A stretch of 64,000 bases of DNA from Syntrophorhabdales bacterium (GTDB taxonomy: Bacteria > Desulfobacterota > Syntrophorhabdia > Syntrophorhabdales > WCHB1-27), in NCBI GenBank assembly GCA_035541455.1, contig DATKNH010000013.1, positions 4,780-68,779 of the forward strand, in the 5' to 3' direction. How positions within the stretch are numbered: position 1 is the first letter of the stretch; every line of letters begins with the position of its first letter. Shown here in pieces: positions 43,290 through 52,313 of the stretch. The notes beneath the pieces were generated by a model. That model saw only the letters and a list, made by a program, of their open reading frames with translations, had not been told where the DNA came from and searched no databases. Both the position numbers and the translations under genes were made by a program.

Positions 43290-44294
43290 TTACTTTCCGG
43301 TCTTCTTTGTCAGTAACTTTTGCAGTTCAGGGCCTGTTTTCGGGTTGTTCTTTATCACGTCTTTCCAGCCCTCGTCGTAGGCTATTTTGAGGAATTTCTC
43401 CTTCTCGGCCGGAGGAAGCTCGATCACCTGGATACCGGCCTTTTTCAGAAGAGGGATCTCTTTCTTGCCTTCCTCCTCATAATAGGCGACAGTCTTTCTT
43501 TCCGACTCCATGGCGGCCTCTGTGAGCACATCCTTGAATTTCTTAGGCAGCGCATTCCATGCTTTCAGATTCATGATGAGAGGATGCGGTCCTGAATAAA
43601 ATCCCGTATCGACGATGTACTTGGTCTGCTTCTCCCATCCCCACTCCCGGATCGTCACGAGGACAAAGCAATATCCATCTACCACTTTGCGCTCGAGCGC
43701 CTGGTACACGTCGCTCGGTGGAATGACCACTGGATTACCGCCAAGGCCCTTGATGACCTGAAGATACATGGGAGAGACTCGAATGTTGAACCCTTTAAGG
43801 TCGGCCGTCTTTATCGGTCGTGTCAGGTAAAGGTAAAACGGCGCATCTATACCGAGTCTACCCAGAAGGTAAAGGCCTTTCTTTTCGTGCAAGTCATTGA
43901 AGTACGCCCAGGCTCCGTTTGCCCTCTCCTCCCATGGTTTGAAGTCCGAGAGCTTCATAGCATCGACCTCGGGAACTTCAGAGACATAGTACGCGTTGGT
44001 CGTATGGACGATATCAACCATGCCGGTCTGAGCAGCGTGCGCCTGGTCCTGGATCTTGACCGCTTCGGGACCACCGACGAGGTTCAGTTTCAGCTCGCCG
44101 GGATATTTCTTCGCCACCTGTTGCTCGACGCTGTCCATGAAATAAAAAAGTGATTTGTTGTCGGTGGTGTTTTTTGGCCAGGCAGTGACGACCTTCAGCG
44201 TGATTGTCTGTGCGTTGGCGATACCGTGTATCGTACAAGCAAAAAAGAATAAGGCAACGACTGCAGCAAAAAGAAAGCCTGCTTTCTGCTTCAT
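43290..44294 (-). CDS. dctP: TRAP substrate-binding protein, DctP family (paralog group member 2)
   Basis: 334 aa. Collinear similarity with the two other members along the full length. Confidence 0.85.
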   Translation of the reverse strand: MKQKAGFLFAAVVALFFFACTIHGIANAQTITLKVVTAWPKNTTDNKSLFYFMDSVEQQVAKKYPGELKLNLVGGPEAVKIQDQAHAAQTGMVDIVHTTNAYYVSEVPEVDAMKLSDFKPWEERANGAWAYFNDLHEKKGLYLLGRLGIDAPFYLYLTRPIKTADLKGFNIRVSPMYLQVIKGLGGNPVVIPPSDVYQALERKVVDGYCFVLVTIREWGWEKQTKYIVDTGFYSGPHPLIMNLKAWNALPKKFKDVLTEAAMESERKTVAYYEEEGKKEIPLLKKAGIQVIELPPAEKEKFLKIAYDEGWKDVIKNNPKTGPELQKLLTKKTGK

Positions 44295-44364
44295 AATTCC
44301 TCCTCATTTATTGTTTTCTGCCTCACTAGACCCGTGTCCCTTGACCCCTGATCCTATTTTTCAG

Positions 44365-45687
44365 TTACTTCACCATACCCATAAGTGCCGGAACCACAGT
44401 TGCTATTGATGGTACGGCGAGCACGATCCCAATGCAGAGCAAATCTATTATGACGTAAGGGGTTACCGCCCTCCATATATCTCCCATCGTTACGTCGGGA
44501 GGCGCCACGCCTTTCATCACGAAGAGCGTAACACCAAAGGGTGGGGTAATCAAGCCTGTCTCAAGGGCGATCAGCATCATCACGCCGAACCAAACCGTGT
44601 TGAACCCGAGCGCAGTGACCACGGGCATGTAGATAGGAATGGTGATCATCATGATCGCCACCGTTTCCATGAAACAGCCCATGATGAGCACGACCACGAG
44701 CATACCGACGAGTATTATCAACGGGTGAATGCTGAGGCCGGTGATATAGCCGGTCATACCGGCAGCGGCACCGGTGAAGGCCAGTATCTCGCCATACGTG
44801 CTCGACACGATGATGATCATGAATATCATGGACGTCACTTTCACCGTGCCCATGACCGACTTCTTCATTATGTCCCACGTGAGGCGTCTGTAACATATGG
44901 CAAGGATGAAGGAGCCCAATGTTCCTGTTGCCGCAGCTTCGGTCGGCGTTGCCACACCTAGGAAGATAAGGCCTATGACCATGAAGATGATGAAGCCAAG
45001 AGGCAGCAGATAGACGAAAGTGACCCGTATTTTTTCCTTCAACGGCACGTGTGCGACTTCATACATAGGCGCTTCATTGGGGAAGAGATGGCACCATCCC
45101 AGGACATATACAAAATAGAGGGATGACATGATAATGCCCGGCAATATGCCGGCGATCAGGAGCTGCCCCACATCGATATTCGCGAGGCTCGCAAGCACCA
45201 CCGTGAGGGCGTTAGGAGGGATAAGGGCGTCTACCGTTCCAACTCCCATGAGTGGGCCGAGGCTCATGTTCTTGCTGTACCCCCTTTTCAGCATATCGGG
45301 AAGCAGGATTGTACCGAGGAGTGCGCATGTGGCAATCGTGGAACCGGAGAGTGCTCCTATGATCACTCCCATGATGACTGCAAGGATCGAGAGCCTGCCT
45401 TTGAGCTTGCCGAGCCATTTGTCAAGGACATTGACTGCATCGAGTCCCATGCCCGAGTGAAAGATAAGCTCTCCCATGAGAATGAAGAAGGGCACGGGGA
45501 GCAGGGTAAATGTGGTGATGGAGGTGAAAACACCCGTGACCACGCCTATCAGGCCCGGTATCCCGCCGAGGAAGAAGTAGGCGGCCACCATGTTGACAAT
45601 GAGAAAGGCAAAGGCTATGGGCACGCCTGTGAGGAGCAGGAATACCATGCCTCCGAAGAGTATACATATGGTCGTATACCATTCCAT
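44365..45687 (-). CDS. dctM: TRAP transporter large permease
   Basis: 440 aa, highly hydrophobic. Typical DctM length and N-terminus (MEWYTTICILFGGMVFLLLTGVPIAFAF). Confidence 0.9.
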   Translation of the reverse strand: MEWYTTICILFGGMVFLLLTGVPIAFAFLIVNMVAAYFFLGGIPGLIGVVTGVFTSITTFTLLPVPFFILMGELIFHSGMGLDAVNVLDKWLGKLKGRLSILAVIMGVIIGALSGSTIATCALLGTILLPDMLKRGYSKNMSLGPLMGVGTVDALIPPNALTVVLASLANIDVGQLLIAGILPGIIMSSLYFVYVLGWCHLFPNEAPMYEVAHVPLKEKIRVTFVYLLPLGFIIFMVIGLIFLGVATPTEAAATGTLGSFILAICYRRLTWDIMKKSVMGTVKVTSMIFMIIIVSSTYGEILAFTGAAAGMTGYITGLSIHPLIILVGMLVVVLIMGCFMETVAIMMITIPIYMPVVTALGFNTVWFGVMMLIALETGLITPPFGVTLFVMKGVAPPDVTMGDIWRAVTPYVIIDLLCIGIVLAVPSIATVVPALMGMVK

Positions 45688-45690
45688 GGG

Positions 45691-46185
45691 CTACCTCCCC
45701 GCCTTGATTTCGGCAACCCTGCTCCAGGCCATTCGGAAGAACTGGATGGTAAGGAGGATGCTCCCCACAGGGATAATGACAAAGACGGTCCATTTCGGGA
45801 TGGTAACGGCGCGTACGTCAGTGATGCCGCGCTGGATGCACTCTATCATGTAGGTGATGCTGAAATAGACCATGACGATACAGGCAACTCCGGAGATTAT
45901 GAACATGGTGCAGTCAAGGTAACCTCTTGTCTTGTCATTGAGGTGGCTGTATATGATGTCCGTGGTGATGTGACCGCCCTCTCTGAGAAGCCACGTGGTT
46001 CCGAGGAAGACGATCCATAGTAATGCATATTCGGTCGTCTGCATGATCCATATTGTCGTGCGCGTGAATAAGAACCGCATGCCTATCGTGTAGCAGACGG
46101 CAGCACAAATGAAGACCAGTATCACACCCGCAAGCGCAGCCATTATATCCAGCAATCTGTCGAACCCTTTCCAGAAACCCGCCAT
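45691..46185 (-). CDS. dctQ: TRAP transporter small permease
   Basis: 164 aa with 4 TM segments, immediately upstream of dctM. Confidence 0.85.
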   Translation of the reverse strand: MAGFWKGFDRLLDIMAALAGVILVFICAAVCYTIGMRFLFTRTTIWIMQTTEYALLWIVFLGTTWLLREGGHITTDIIYSHLNDKTRGYLDCTMFIISGVACIVMVYFSITYMIECIQRGITDVRAVTIPKWTVFVIIPVGSILLTIQFFRMAWSRVAEIKAGR

Positions 46186-46239
46186 AGTCAGTTCCCCCTG
46201 CGTCGTCTTAAAATAACCGGACCTTCATCCGGTGCCTCA

Positions 46240-46935
46240 TCACGTCTGTCTTCGTTTGATCTTTTCCTCCCCATGCTCGCGGAACGCGTAAAACAGTATG
46301 TCTTTCTTTGATTGCTCGAGGTGATTCCTGATGGCCTTTGCAGCTGTCTCCACATCGCCTGTCACGATCGCTGCCAGTATCTCCTTGTGGCCGTTTATTC
46401 CCCGGATAACATTGTCCGGCGCATAGATGCTCTGGATCCTGTAACGCACCATGTGGCGCCTCAGGGTCTGTGCCAGTTCCAGGAGTCTCCTGCTTCCGCT
46501 CAGTCCAGCGATAATTTCATGGAACTGGGCATCGAGGTCCACGTATGCTTTCACCTCGCCCTGCATCACCCGCTGCTCGGCTGTCGCAATGTTTTTCTTG
46601 AGCTCCTTGACTAATCTCGCGTGGGCCTTTTCCATAGCCCATCGAACAGCCAGGGTTTCGATGACTGTTCTGATCTCGCATATTTCCTCGACTTCCTGGT
46701 CGCTCACCGTATTTACTTTATAGCCGACACGGGGTATCGATTCCAGAAGGCCTTCCATTTCGAGGGTGTGAAGAGCCTCTCTGACGGGTGTCCTCGATGT
46801 GCCTATATCTTTTGCGATCTTCGCTTCAATGAGGCGCTCTTGCGGACCTATCTCACCGCTGAGGATCTGCTCCCTCAAATACGCATGGACCTTCTTGCGG
46901 ATGGTGGTGCTATCGGTGATGATGAGTTTTTTCAT
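46240..46935 (-). CDS. GntR-family (FadR/FCD subfamily) transcriptional regulator
   Basis: wHTH region RLIEAKIAKDIGTSRTPVREALHTLEMEGLLESIPRVGYKV plus a helical FCD-like C-terminus. Start is either the ATG at 46935 or the TTG at 46944. Confidence 0.85.
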   Translation of the reverse strand: MKKLIITDSTTIRKKVHAYLREQILSGEIGPQERLIEAKIAKDIGTSRTPVREALHTLEMEGLLESIPRVGYKVNTVSDQEVEEICEIRTVIETLAVRWAMEKAHARLVKELKKNIATAEQRVMQGEVKAYVDLDAQFHEIIAGLSGSRRLLELAQTLRRHMVRYRIQSIYAPDNVIRGINGHKEILAAIVTGDVETAAKAIRNHLEQSKKDILFYAFREHGEEKIKRRQT

Positions 46936-46964
46936 AAGAACCAAGCTTGAAGCTTACGGCTCGA

Positions 46965-47075
46965 GGCAAAAGGTTAAGGGCCAAAGGTGAAGGCCAAAGG
47001 CCAAAAGTTAAACGCTAACAGTTACAAGTTCTGTATGTTTCTCCCGTTAGCCGTGGGCCGTCAGCCGTTAACCGT
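46965..47075. repeat. Intergenic word-repeat element, copy E3 (weaker hairpin)
   Basis: Left arm AGGTTAAGGGCCAAAGGTGAAGGCCAAAGGCC shares AGGTTAAGG and AGGTGAAGGC, in the same order, with E2. Right arm CCGTTAGCCGTGGGCCGTCAGCCGTTAACCG is only partly complementary (about 12/18 over the best stretch). Confidence 0.55.
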
Positions 47076-47079
47076 CTTT

Positions 47080-47985
47080 TCAACAGATTCCTCTTTCCTG
47101 CGCTACCAGGTGTTCCCAGTCTTCATCCACCTGCTTCTGTAGCCTTGCCACATCCTCATTGGTAAAGTGGCGGTATCTGCCCTGAATCTTCGTGTATTCG
47201 CTCACCGGCAGACCTTGAGGCTGGTGCGTAATCCGGTATTCCCTTCCATCTATGATCTCGTAGAGCGGGAAGATCTTTGTCTCGACAGCAAGCATTGCTG
47301 ATTTCGCGGAGAGTTCTTCAGGCATTCTCCAGCCCGTGGGGCAGGGTGTCAGCGTATGAATGAAGCGTGTGCCCTTGATTCTTTTCGCCTTTTCCACCTT
47401 GGCCATGAGATCGTGAGGATGACCGAAAGACGCGGTGGCTGCGTAAGGCATGCGATGCGCGGCAATGATCTGCATGAACTTCTTTTTCTTGCCGTGCCTG
47501 CCGCCGGGTGTGGTCATGGTCCAGACGTTCTGGGGGGTCGACGAGCTGGACTGGATACCTGTGTTCATGTACGCCTCGTTATCGAGGCAGATATAGATGA
47601 AGTTGTCATCCCGGTCTGCTGCGCCCGACAGAGATTGGAGCCCTATGTCGAACGTGCCGCCATCGCCTGCAAATGCAACAGGAATAATATCATCTCGTCC
47701 CTGGACTTTGAGCGCGTTGGCTATGCCGGCTGCTGTGGGTGCGGCGATCTCGAACGCCGAATGAAAGCAGGGCACCTCAAAGACACTGTTGGGGTAATTT
47801 GCACTGATGGGACCCACGCATGAAGGGATCATGACCACGATTGTATTCTTCCCCAACACCTTCATGACGAGCCGAATAGTGCTGGCGAGGCCGCACCCCG
47901 GGCAGGCCATGTGGCCTGACCGCATATATTCCATCTCCGTGCCCATGTCTAGTGTTTCTGTAGCCATGTTTCTCTCCTTACCCAT
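47080..47985 (-). CDS. 2-oxoacid:ferredoxin oxidoreductase beta (TPP-binding) subunit
   Basis: CPGCG near the N-terminus, then AFAGDGGTFDIGLQSLSGAADRDDNFIYICLDNEAYMNTGIQSSSSTP (TPP motif). The exact start is uncertain because it overlaps the alpha-subunit stop. Confidence 0.85.
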   Translation of the reverse strand: MGKERNMATETLDMGTEMEYMRSGHMACPGCGLASTIRLVMKVLGKNTIVVMIPSCVGPISANYPNSVFEVPCFHSAFEIAAPTAAGIANALKVQGRDDIIPVAFAGDGGTFDIGLQSLSGAADRDDNFIYICLDNEAYMNTGIQSSSSTPQNVWTMTTPGGRHGKKKKFMQIIAAHRMPYAATASFGHPHDLMAKVEKAKRIKGTRFIHTLTPCPTGWRMPEELSAKSAMLAVETKIFPLYEIIDGREYRITHQPQGLPVSEYTKIQGRYRHFTNEDVARLQKQVDEDWEHLVAQERGIC

Positions 47986-49118
47986 ACTGGTAAATCGGTC
48001 GGTTTGTCATGCTGTAGAGCTTCGAGCACCATGTCTTCAATCATCTCCGGTGAGACGTCTGCGCCGCAGATGCCCGCAATGTAGCCAGTCACGGTAGGTC
48101 TTTTTACGAGCGGATAGAGTGCCGACTTTAATTCGTGGCAGAATATGCCTTCCTTGCCAAGGGATATATTCCGGTCGAGCACAGCTACCTTCGGTACATT
48201 CTTCAAAGCCCCCTGCACTTCTTCTGTAGGGAAGGGCCTGAAGGCTTTTATCTTGAGGAGTCCCGCTTTGCAGCCTTTGCTTCGCAAGGACTCTATCGCT
48301 ACACGTGCAGTGCTCGTCATGGCGCCGCTCGTCACCAGGACGATTTCGGCATCGTCAGTATTCACAGCCTCCACCACACCGTACCCCCTCCCCACGATCT
48401 GGCGGTATTCCCTGTTTGCCTCCTCAATGACAGGCCGCGTCTTCTCCATATCCCTGAAGCTTGTCTCCCGATAGACCATGTACTGCTCCGGGCTCACCAC
48501 GTTTGAAATGAACGCGGGGTCTTCAATGTTAAATCTGGTGGGAATGCTGAAGGGCGGCAGAAAGGAATCCACTGCCTCCTGGCTCGGTAACTCAATTGGT
48601 TCCATGAAGTGAGATGTGAAAAAGCCGTCGATTGCCACCATGACGGGGAAGAGCGTCTGTTCTGCTATCTTATATGCTTGGATGACCGTGTCGAGCGCTT
48701 CCTGGGCGTCCTCGCAGTAGAACTGCAGCCACCCGGTATCGCGCTGGGAGAGGCTGTCCGATTGATCGCTGCCGAACGCCCAGGGAACAGCGACTACACG
48801 ATTCACATTGCACATGACAATAGGCACTCTGTTTCCAGAAGCAAAGTGGAGCATCTCATGCATGAGGGCGAGCCCCTGAGAAGCTGTGGCGGTAAAGGTG
48901 CGCACGCCCGTGAGGGAGGCGGCAATGCAGGCTGCCATAGCAGAATGTTCCGATTCTGTCCGCATCATCACGCCGGTCAACTTTCCTTCAAGCTCCATAT
49001 CAGAAAGCTTTTCGTAAATAGGCGTTTGCGGGGTGATGGGGTATGCGGCTACCAACTGAACTCGTGCAAGGCGAACGGCTTCAGCCACTGCGTAATTTCC
49101 CTGAAGAAGTTGTTTCAT
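47949..49118 (-). CDS. 2-oxoacid:ferredoxin oxidoreductase alpha subunit
   Basis: Start at MKQLLQGNYAVAEAVRLARVQLVAAYPITPQT. The ATG overlaps the stop of the upstream gene (ATGA at 49115-49118). Confidence 0.85.
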   Translation of the reverse strand: MKQLLQGNYAVAEAVRLARVQLVAAYPITPQTPIYEKLSDMELEGKLTGVMMRTESEHSAMAACIAASLTGVRTFTATASQGLALMHEMLHFASGNRVPIVMCNVNRVVAVPWAFGSDQSDSLSQRDTGWLQFYCEDAQEALDTVIQAYKIAEQTLFPVMVAIDGFFTSHFMEPIELPSQEAVDSFLPPFSIPTRFNIEDPAFISNVVSPEQYMVYRETSFRDMEKTRPVIEEANREYRQIVGRGYGVVEAVNTDDAEIVLVTSGAMTSTARVAIESLRSKGCKAGLLKIKAFRPFPTEEVQGALKNVPKVAVLDRNISLGKEGIFCHELKSALYPLVKRPTVTGYIAGICGADVSPEMIEDMVLEALQHDKPTDLPVWVRRETWLQKH

Positions 49119-50884
49119 GTGCCAGCTCCTGTGGTTGCTCCTATCTCTATCACATTGCGTGGGCAGCTCGTGGCGCAAATGCTGCAACCCTTGCAGTAGT
49201 CCATCTTAACGGTGTAACCTTTTTTGCCTTCCTTCACCAGAGAGATGTCAGGACAGAGCAGGAAGCAAAGATCGCACTCTGTGCATGTCCCACACTTGAA
49301 GCATCGCTCGATTTCGTTCGTCATCTGCGACGGATCAATGCCGCCCGCGACCTCTTTAAAGCTCTTTACCGCTCGCTTCGGCGAGAGCCGGTCAGGCGCC
49401 ATTGCACGTTCTCCGCGAGAGAAACAAAGGGTGTTTATCTTCTCATACGGAACGACTTTCTTGAGATCAATCTGGTAATCTCCCTGATGCATAATACTTT
49501 GGAATGAGAAGGCGGGTTTCTCACCAATTTGATGGCTTTGAAACTCTTGTCCGAAATCGATGCCTTCGATGTAGCAATGTATGGCCAAAGCGCCTGTCTT
49601 TCCGCTCGCAATGGCATCTGCAACGAATGCCTTCGTTCCTGCGCTATCTCCGCCAGCGAATATCCCTTCGATATTCGTTTCCGCGCGTTCAGGAGAAATA
49701 GCGATAACGCCGTTTCTGCCCAAACGAATTCCAACTCCATTTGTGAACTGGAGATCCGGCACCTGTCCTATGGCTCCGATGACGGTATCTGCCGGCAGAT
49801 CGAATTCAGATCCCGGAAGAGGAAGGGGCTGTGCTCTTCCGCTTTCGTCTAGTGCTCCCAATGTCATGCGCATGCACTCGATTTTCGAAAGCCGGGTACC
49901 ATCACCGATCAGCCGTTTCGGCGCAGCAAGGACATCGATCTTTATCCCTTCGCGCTCCACGGCTGCCACGTCTTCGGGGAGAGCCGGCATCTCTTTTTGT
50001 GAGCGGCGGTATATGATGGTCACTTCTTCTGCGCCAAGACGCCGTGCGACCCGCGCACAATCAATGGCCGTGTTGCCGCCTCCTATCACAGCTACTCTCT
50101 TGCCCACAGCTATTTGTTCCCCGAGATTAACACTCCTGAGAAAACCCATGCCTTCCATCACGCCGGGGAGTTCCTCTCCCTCGATGCTCAGGCGCATTCC
50201 CTTATGGGCGCCTGCGGCAATAAAGATGGCCTGGTGCTTGTCTCTAATCTGTTCGAGAGAAATGTCGTTGCCGACGCGAACTCCCGTTGTTATCTGCACG
50301 CCCAATTGCTCTATGTAACCTATCTCCTTGCGCAGGATAGCTTTCGGTAGTCGGTATTCTGGGATGCCATAACGGAGCATGCCCCCTGCTTCAGGCAGAG
50401 CCTCGAAGATTGTGACAGGATAACCAAGTCGCGCCAGATGGTAGGCAGCGCTCAACCCCGCCGGTCCGGAGCCGATTACAGCGACTTTCGCCTTTCTTTT
50501 TTGGACCTGAATTTCCCTCTTTGTGTCGACTTTGCCGTGGTCGGCCAGAAAGCGCTCGAAGCCACGAATGTTGATCGCTTCATCAAATTCTTTCCGGTTG
50601 CAGTCAGATTCGCACGGGTGATAGCAGACCCTCCCGCAGACACCGGGTAGAGGATTATCCTGACGAAAGATGCGTAATGCAGCGTCGTGGTTACCCAGAG
50701 ATGCCTGACTGAATGCACGGGCAATATCATTGCCTATAGGGCATCCTCGCCGGCAGGGCGATGTCTTCTCCGCGTAAAACGGTTTCTTGCTGCTCCAGTG
50801 ACCTGTAAAAAAAACCTCGGTGGTTCCTCTGGAGAAGGGAATTATAGGCTCTATGTCTTTTATCCCTATGGTGCGATGGCTCAT
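49115..50884 (-). CDS. Fusion protein: GltD/NfnB-like NAD(P)H flavoprotein plus C-terminal 2x[4Fe-4S] OFOR delta-subunit-like domain
   Basis: 589 aa. The N-terminus has Cys clusters and VAVIGSGPAGLSAAYHLARLGYPVTIFEALPEAGGMLRYGIPEYRLP (GltD pattern). A second dinucleotide fold is VAVIGGGNTAIDCA. The C-terminus is CFKCGTCTECDLCFLLCP...CKGCSICATSCP. Confidence 0.8.
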   Translation of the reverse strand: MSHRTIGIKDIEPIIPFSRGTTEVFFTGHWSSKKPFYAEKTSPCRRGCPIGNDIARAFSQASLGNHDAALRIFRQDNPLPGVCGRVCYHPCESDCNRKEFDEAINIRGFERFLADHGKVDTKREIQVQKRKAKVAVIGSGPAGLSAAYHLARLGYPVTIFEALPEAGGMLRYGIPEYRLPKAILRKEIGYIEQLGVQITTGVRVGNDISLEQIRDKHQAIFIAAGAHKGMRLSIEGEELPGVMEGMGFLRSVNLGEQIAVGKRVAVIGGGNTAIDCARVARRLGAEEVTIIYRRSQKEMPALPEDVAAVEREGIKIDVLAAPKRLIGDGTRLSKIECMRMTLGALDESGRAQPLPLPGSEFDLPADTVIGAIGQVPDLQFTNGVGIRLGRNGVIAISPERAETNIEGIFAGGDSAGTKAFVADAIASGKTGALAIHCYIEGIDFGQEFQSHQIGEKPAFSFQSIMHQGDYQIDLKKVVPYEKINTLCFSRGERAMAPDRLSPKRAVKSFKEVAGGIDPSQMTNEIERCFKCGTCTECDLCFLLCPDISLVKEGKKGYTVKMDYCKGCSICATSCPRNVIEIGATTGAGT

Positions 50885-50918
50885 CTATCCACTCCTTATG
50901 GGCCCTTGTGAAGGCAAA

Positions 50919-51461
50919 TCAGTAAAAGAGTTGCGTCAACTCGTAAGCCTTTTTTGCCGCAGCTACGTTGGCCGAAACTTTTGCCGGGACCGACTCCTTA
51001 ATTACTTCTTCCAAAAGATCCATGGGCACCGCGTTGCTGGCTTTTGCATAAGCGCCCAGCATAGCTGTATTGATCGTAGCCCCCAATCCCAGAGACTCAG
51101 AGACGGAGAGTGCGTCGATAAGAGCCAAACGAAACTTCTTCAACGCTTGAAAATCTCTGTCGGTCAGAGCATTGTTTATGAGCAGGAGCCCTCCGGGCTT
51201 AAGCATTGACTCAATCTCTCTTTCGTCCACAAGATCAGGCGCCATGTAAATCATCTGGTCCGGTGCGGTGATCTCGCATTTCAGAAGGATCTTCTTGTCG
51301 TCCACCCTGAGAAAGCTGGCAACCGGGGCGCCTCTGCGTTCGCCGCCGAAAACGGAGAAGCACTGAGGGTACTTCCCCATGGTGAAAAAAACCCTTGCAA
51401 GGATCTGAGACGCGATGACCGCGCCCTGTCCTCCTCTGCCGAAGAACTTTATCTCAATCAT
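50919..51461 (-). CDS. 2-oxoacid:ferredoxin oxidoreductase gamma subunit
   Basis: MIEIKFFGRGGQGAVIASQILARVFFTMGKYPQCFSVFGGERRGAPV is the canonical gamma-subunit N-terminus. Confidence 0.9.
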   Translation of the reverse strand: MIEIKFFGRGGQGAVIASQILARVFFTMGKYPQCFSVFGGERRGAPVASFLRVDDKKILLKCEITAPDQMIYMAPDLVDEREIESMLKPGGLLLINNALTDRDFQALKKFRLALIDALSVSESLGLGATINTAMLGAYAKASNAVPMDLLEEVIKESVPAKVSANVAAAKKAYELTQLFY

Positions 51462-51505
51462 CTGGGCCTCTGCTTTATTTCAAAGAATGGGGGATGTTTA
51501 TTGGG

Positions 51506-51604
51506 ATACTGTACCCCAATAACCGGGGTGTGTCAAGGAAGGCGGAAAGAAACGTCTTTCGCCCTGGCAAAACCTTTTGACACCCGAGCAAAAATACTGT
51601 ACCC
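51506..51604. promoter_or_regulatory. Divergent promoter region with two copies of an 11-mer candidate GntR operator
   Basis: ATACTGTACCC occurs at 51506-51516 and 51594-51604. The first copy is embedded in TTATTGGG-N9-CCCAATAA and overlaps a minus-strand TTGACA-N17-TACAGT. The second follows a plus-strand TTGACA (51577-51582). Confidence 0.5.
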
Positions 51605-51626
51605 TAGATGCGCTACAAGAAAGACA

Positions 51627-52313
51627 ATGAAGCAGCATATCATCAACTTCAAAATAGAAAAGCAACCCCACCTGCGGAAAATCGTTTATGAACGGTTGAA
51701 AGATGCAATTCTTACCGGTTCGATTCCGAAAGGTACGAAACTCTACGAATCAAAAATTGCAGAGGAGACGGGCATAAGCCGGACTCCGGTGAGGGAGGCG
51801 CTTCATGCCCTCGAGCGGGAACTGCTCATCACTGCAATCGACAAGGTGGGTTATCAAATAGTCGATGCAGATGTCCAGGACCTTGAAGAGATCTCGGTAC
51901 TAAGAAAAACCGTCGAGACCCTTGCCCTAAAAAAGGCGATTGACAGTATAGGGGAGACTGAGATACGCAGGCTGGAGACGAATCTCAAGCAGGCGGAAAG
52001 AGCTTTGAAAGAGTACAAAGGTGATCTCTTTATCCAGCTGGATGCGGAGTTCCATCAGGTATTATGCTCCCTGAGTCATAGCGAGCGCCTGATAAGGATG
52101 GCAGATGCGCTGCGGAAGGAAATGCACAGATTCAGAAGGCGTACAAAACTGGACCACGAACTGGCTGAGGAATCCCTCAGGTACCACCAGAAAATAGTCA
52201 ATTTCCTGAAACTGAAGGATTATAGAAACGCGAAGAAAGCGCTGAACGACCATATCGATCACGCAAGAAGAAAGACCGAGAAGGAGTTCCTGGGAGGGTT
52301 GAGAGTGCAATGA
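51627..52313 (+). CDS. GntR-family (FCD) transcriptional regulator
   Basis: Start at MKQHIINF. wHTH region KLYESKIAEETGISRTPVREALHALERELLITAIDKVGYQI. Its stop overlaps the next gene start (ATGA). Confidence 0.85.
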   Translation: MKQHIINFKIEKQPHLRKIVYERLKDAILTGSIPKGTKLYESKIAEETGISRTPVREALHALERELLITAIDKVGYQIVDADVQDLEEISVLRKTVETLALKKAIDSIGETEIRRLETNLKQAERALKEYKGDLFIQLDAEFHQVLCSLSHSERLIRMADALRKEMHRFRRRTKLDHELAEESLRYHQKIVNFLKLKDYRNAKKALNDHIDHARRKTEKEFLGGLRVQ

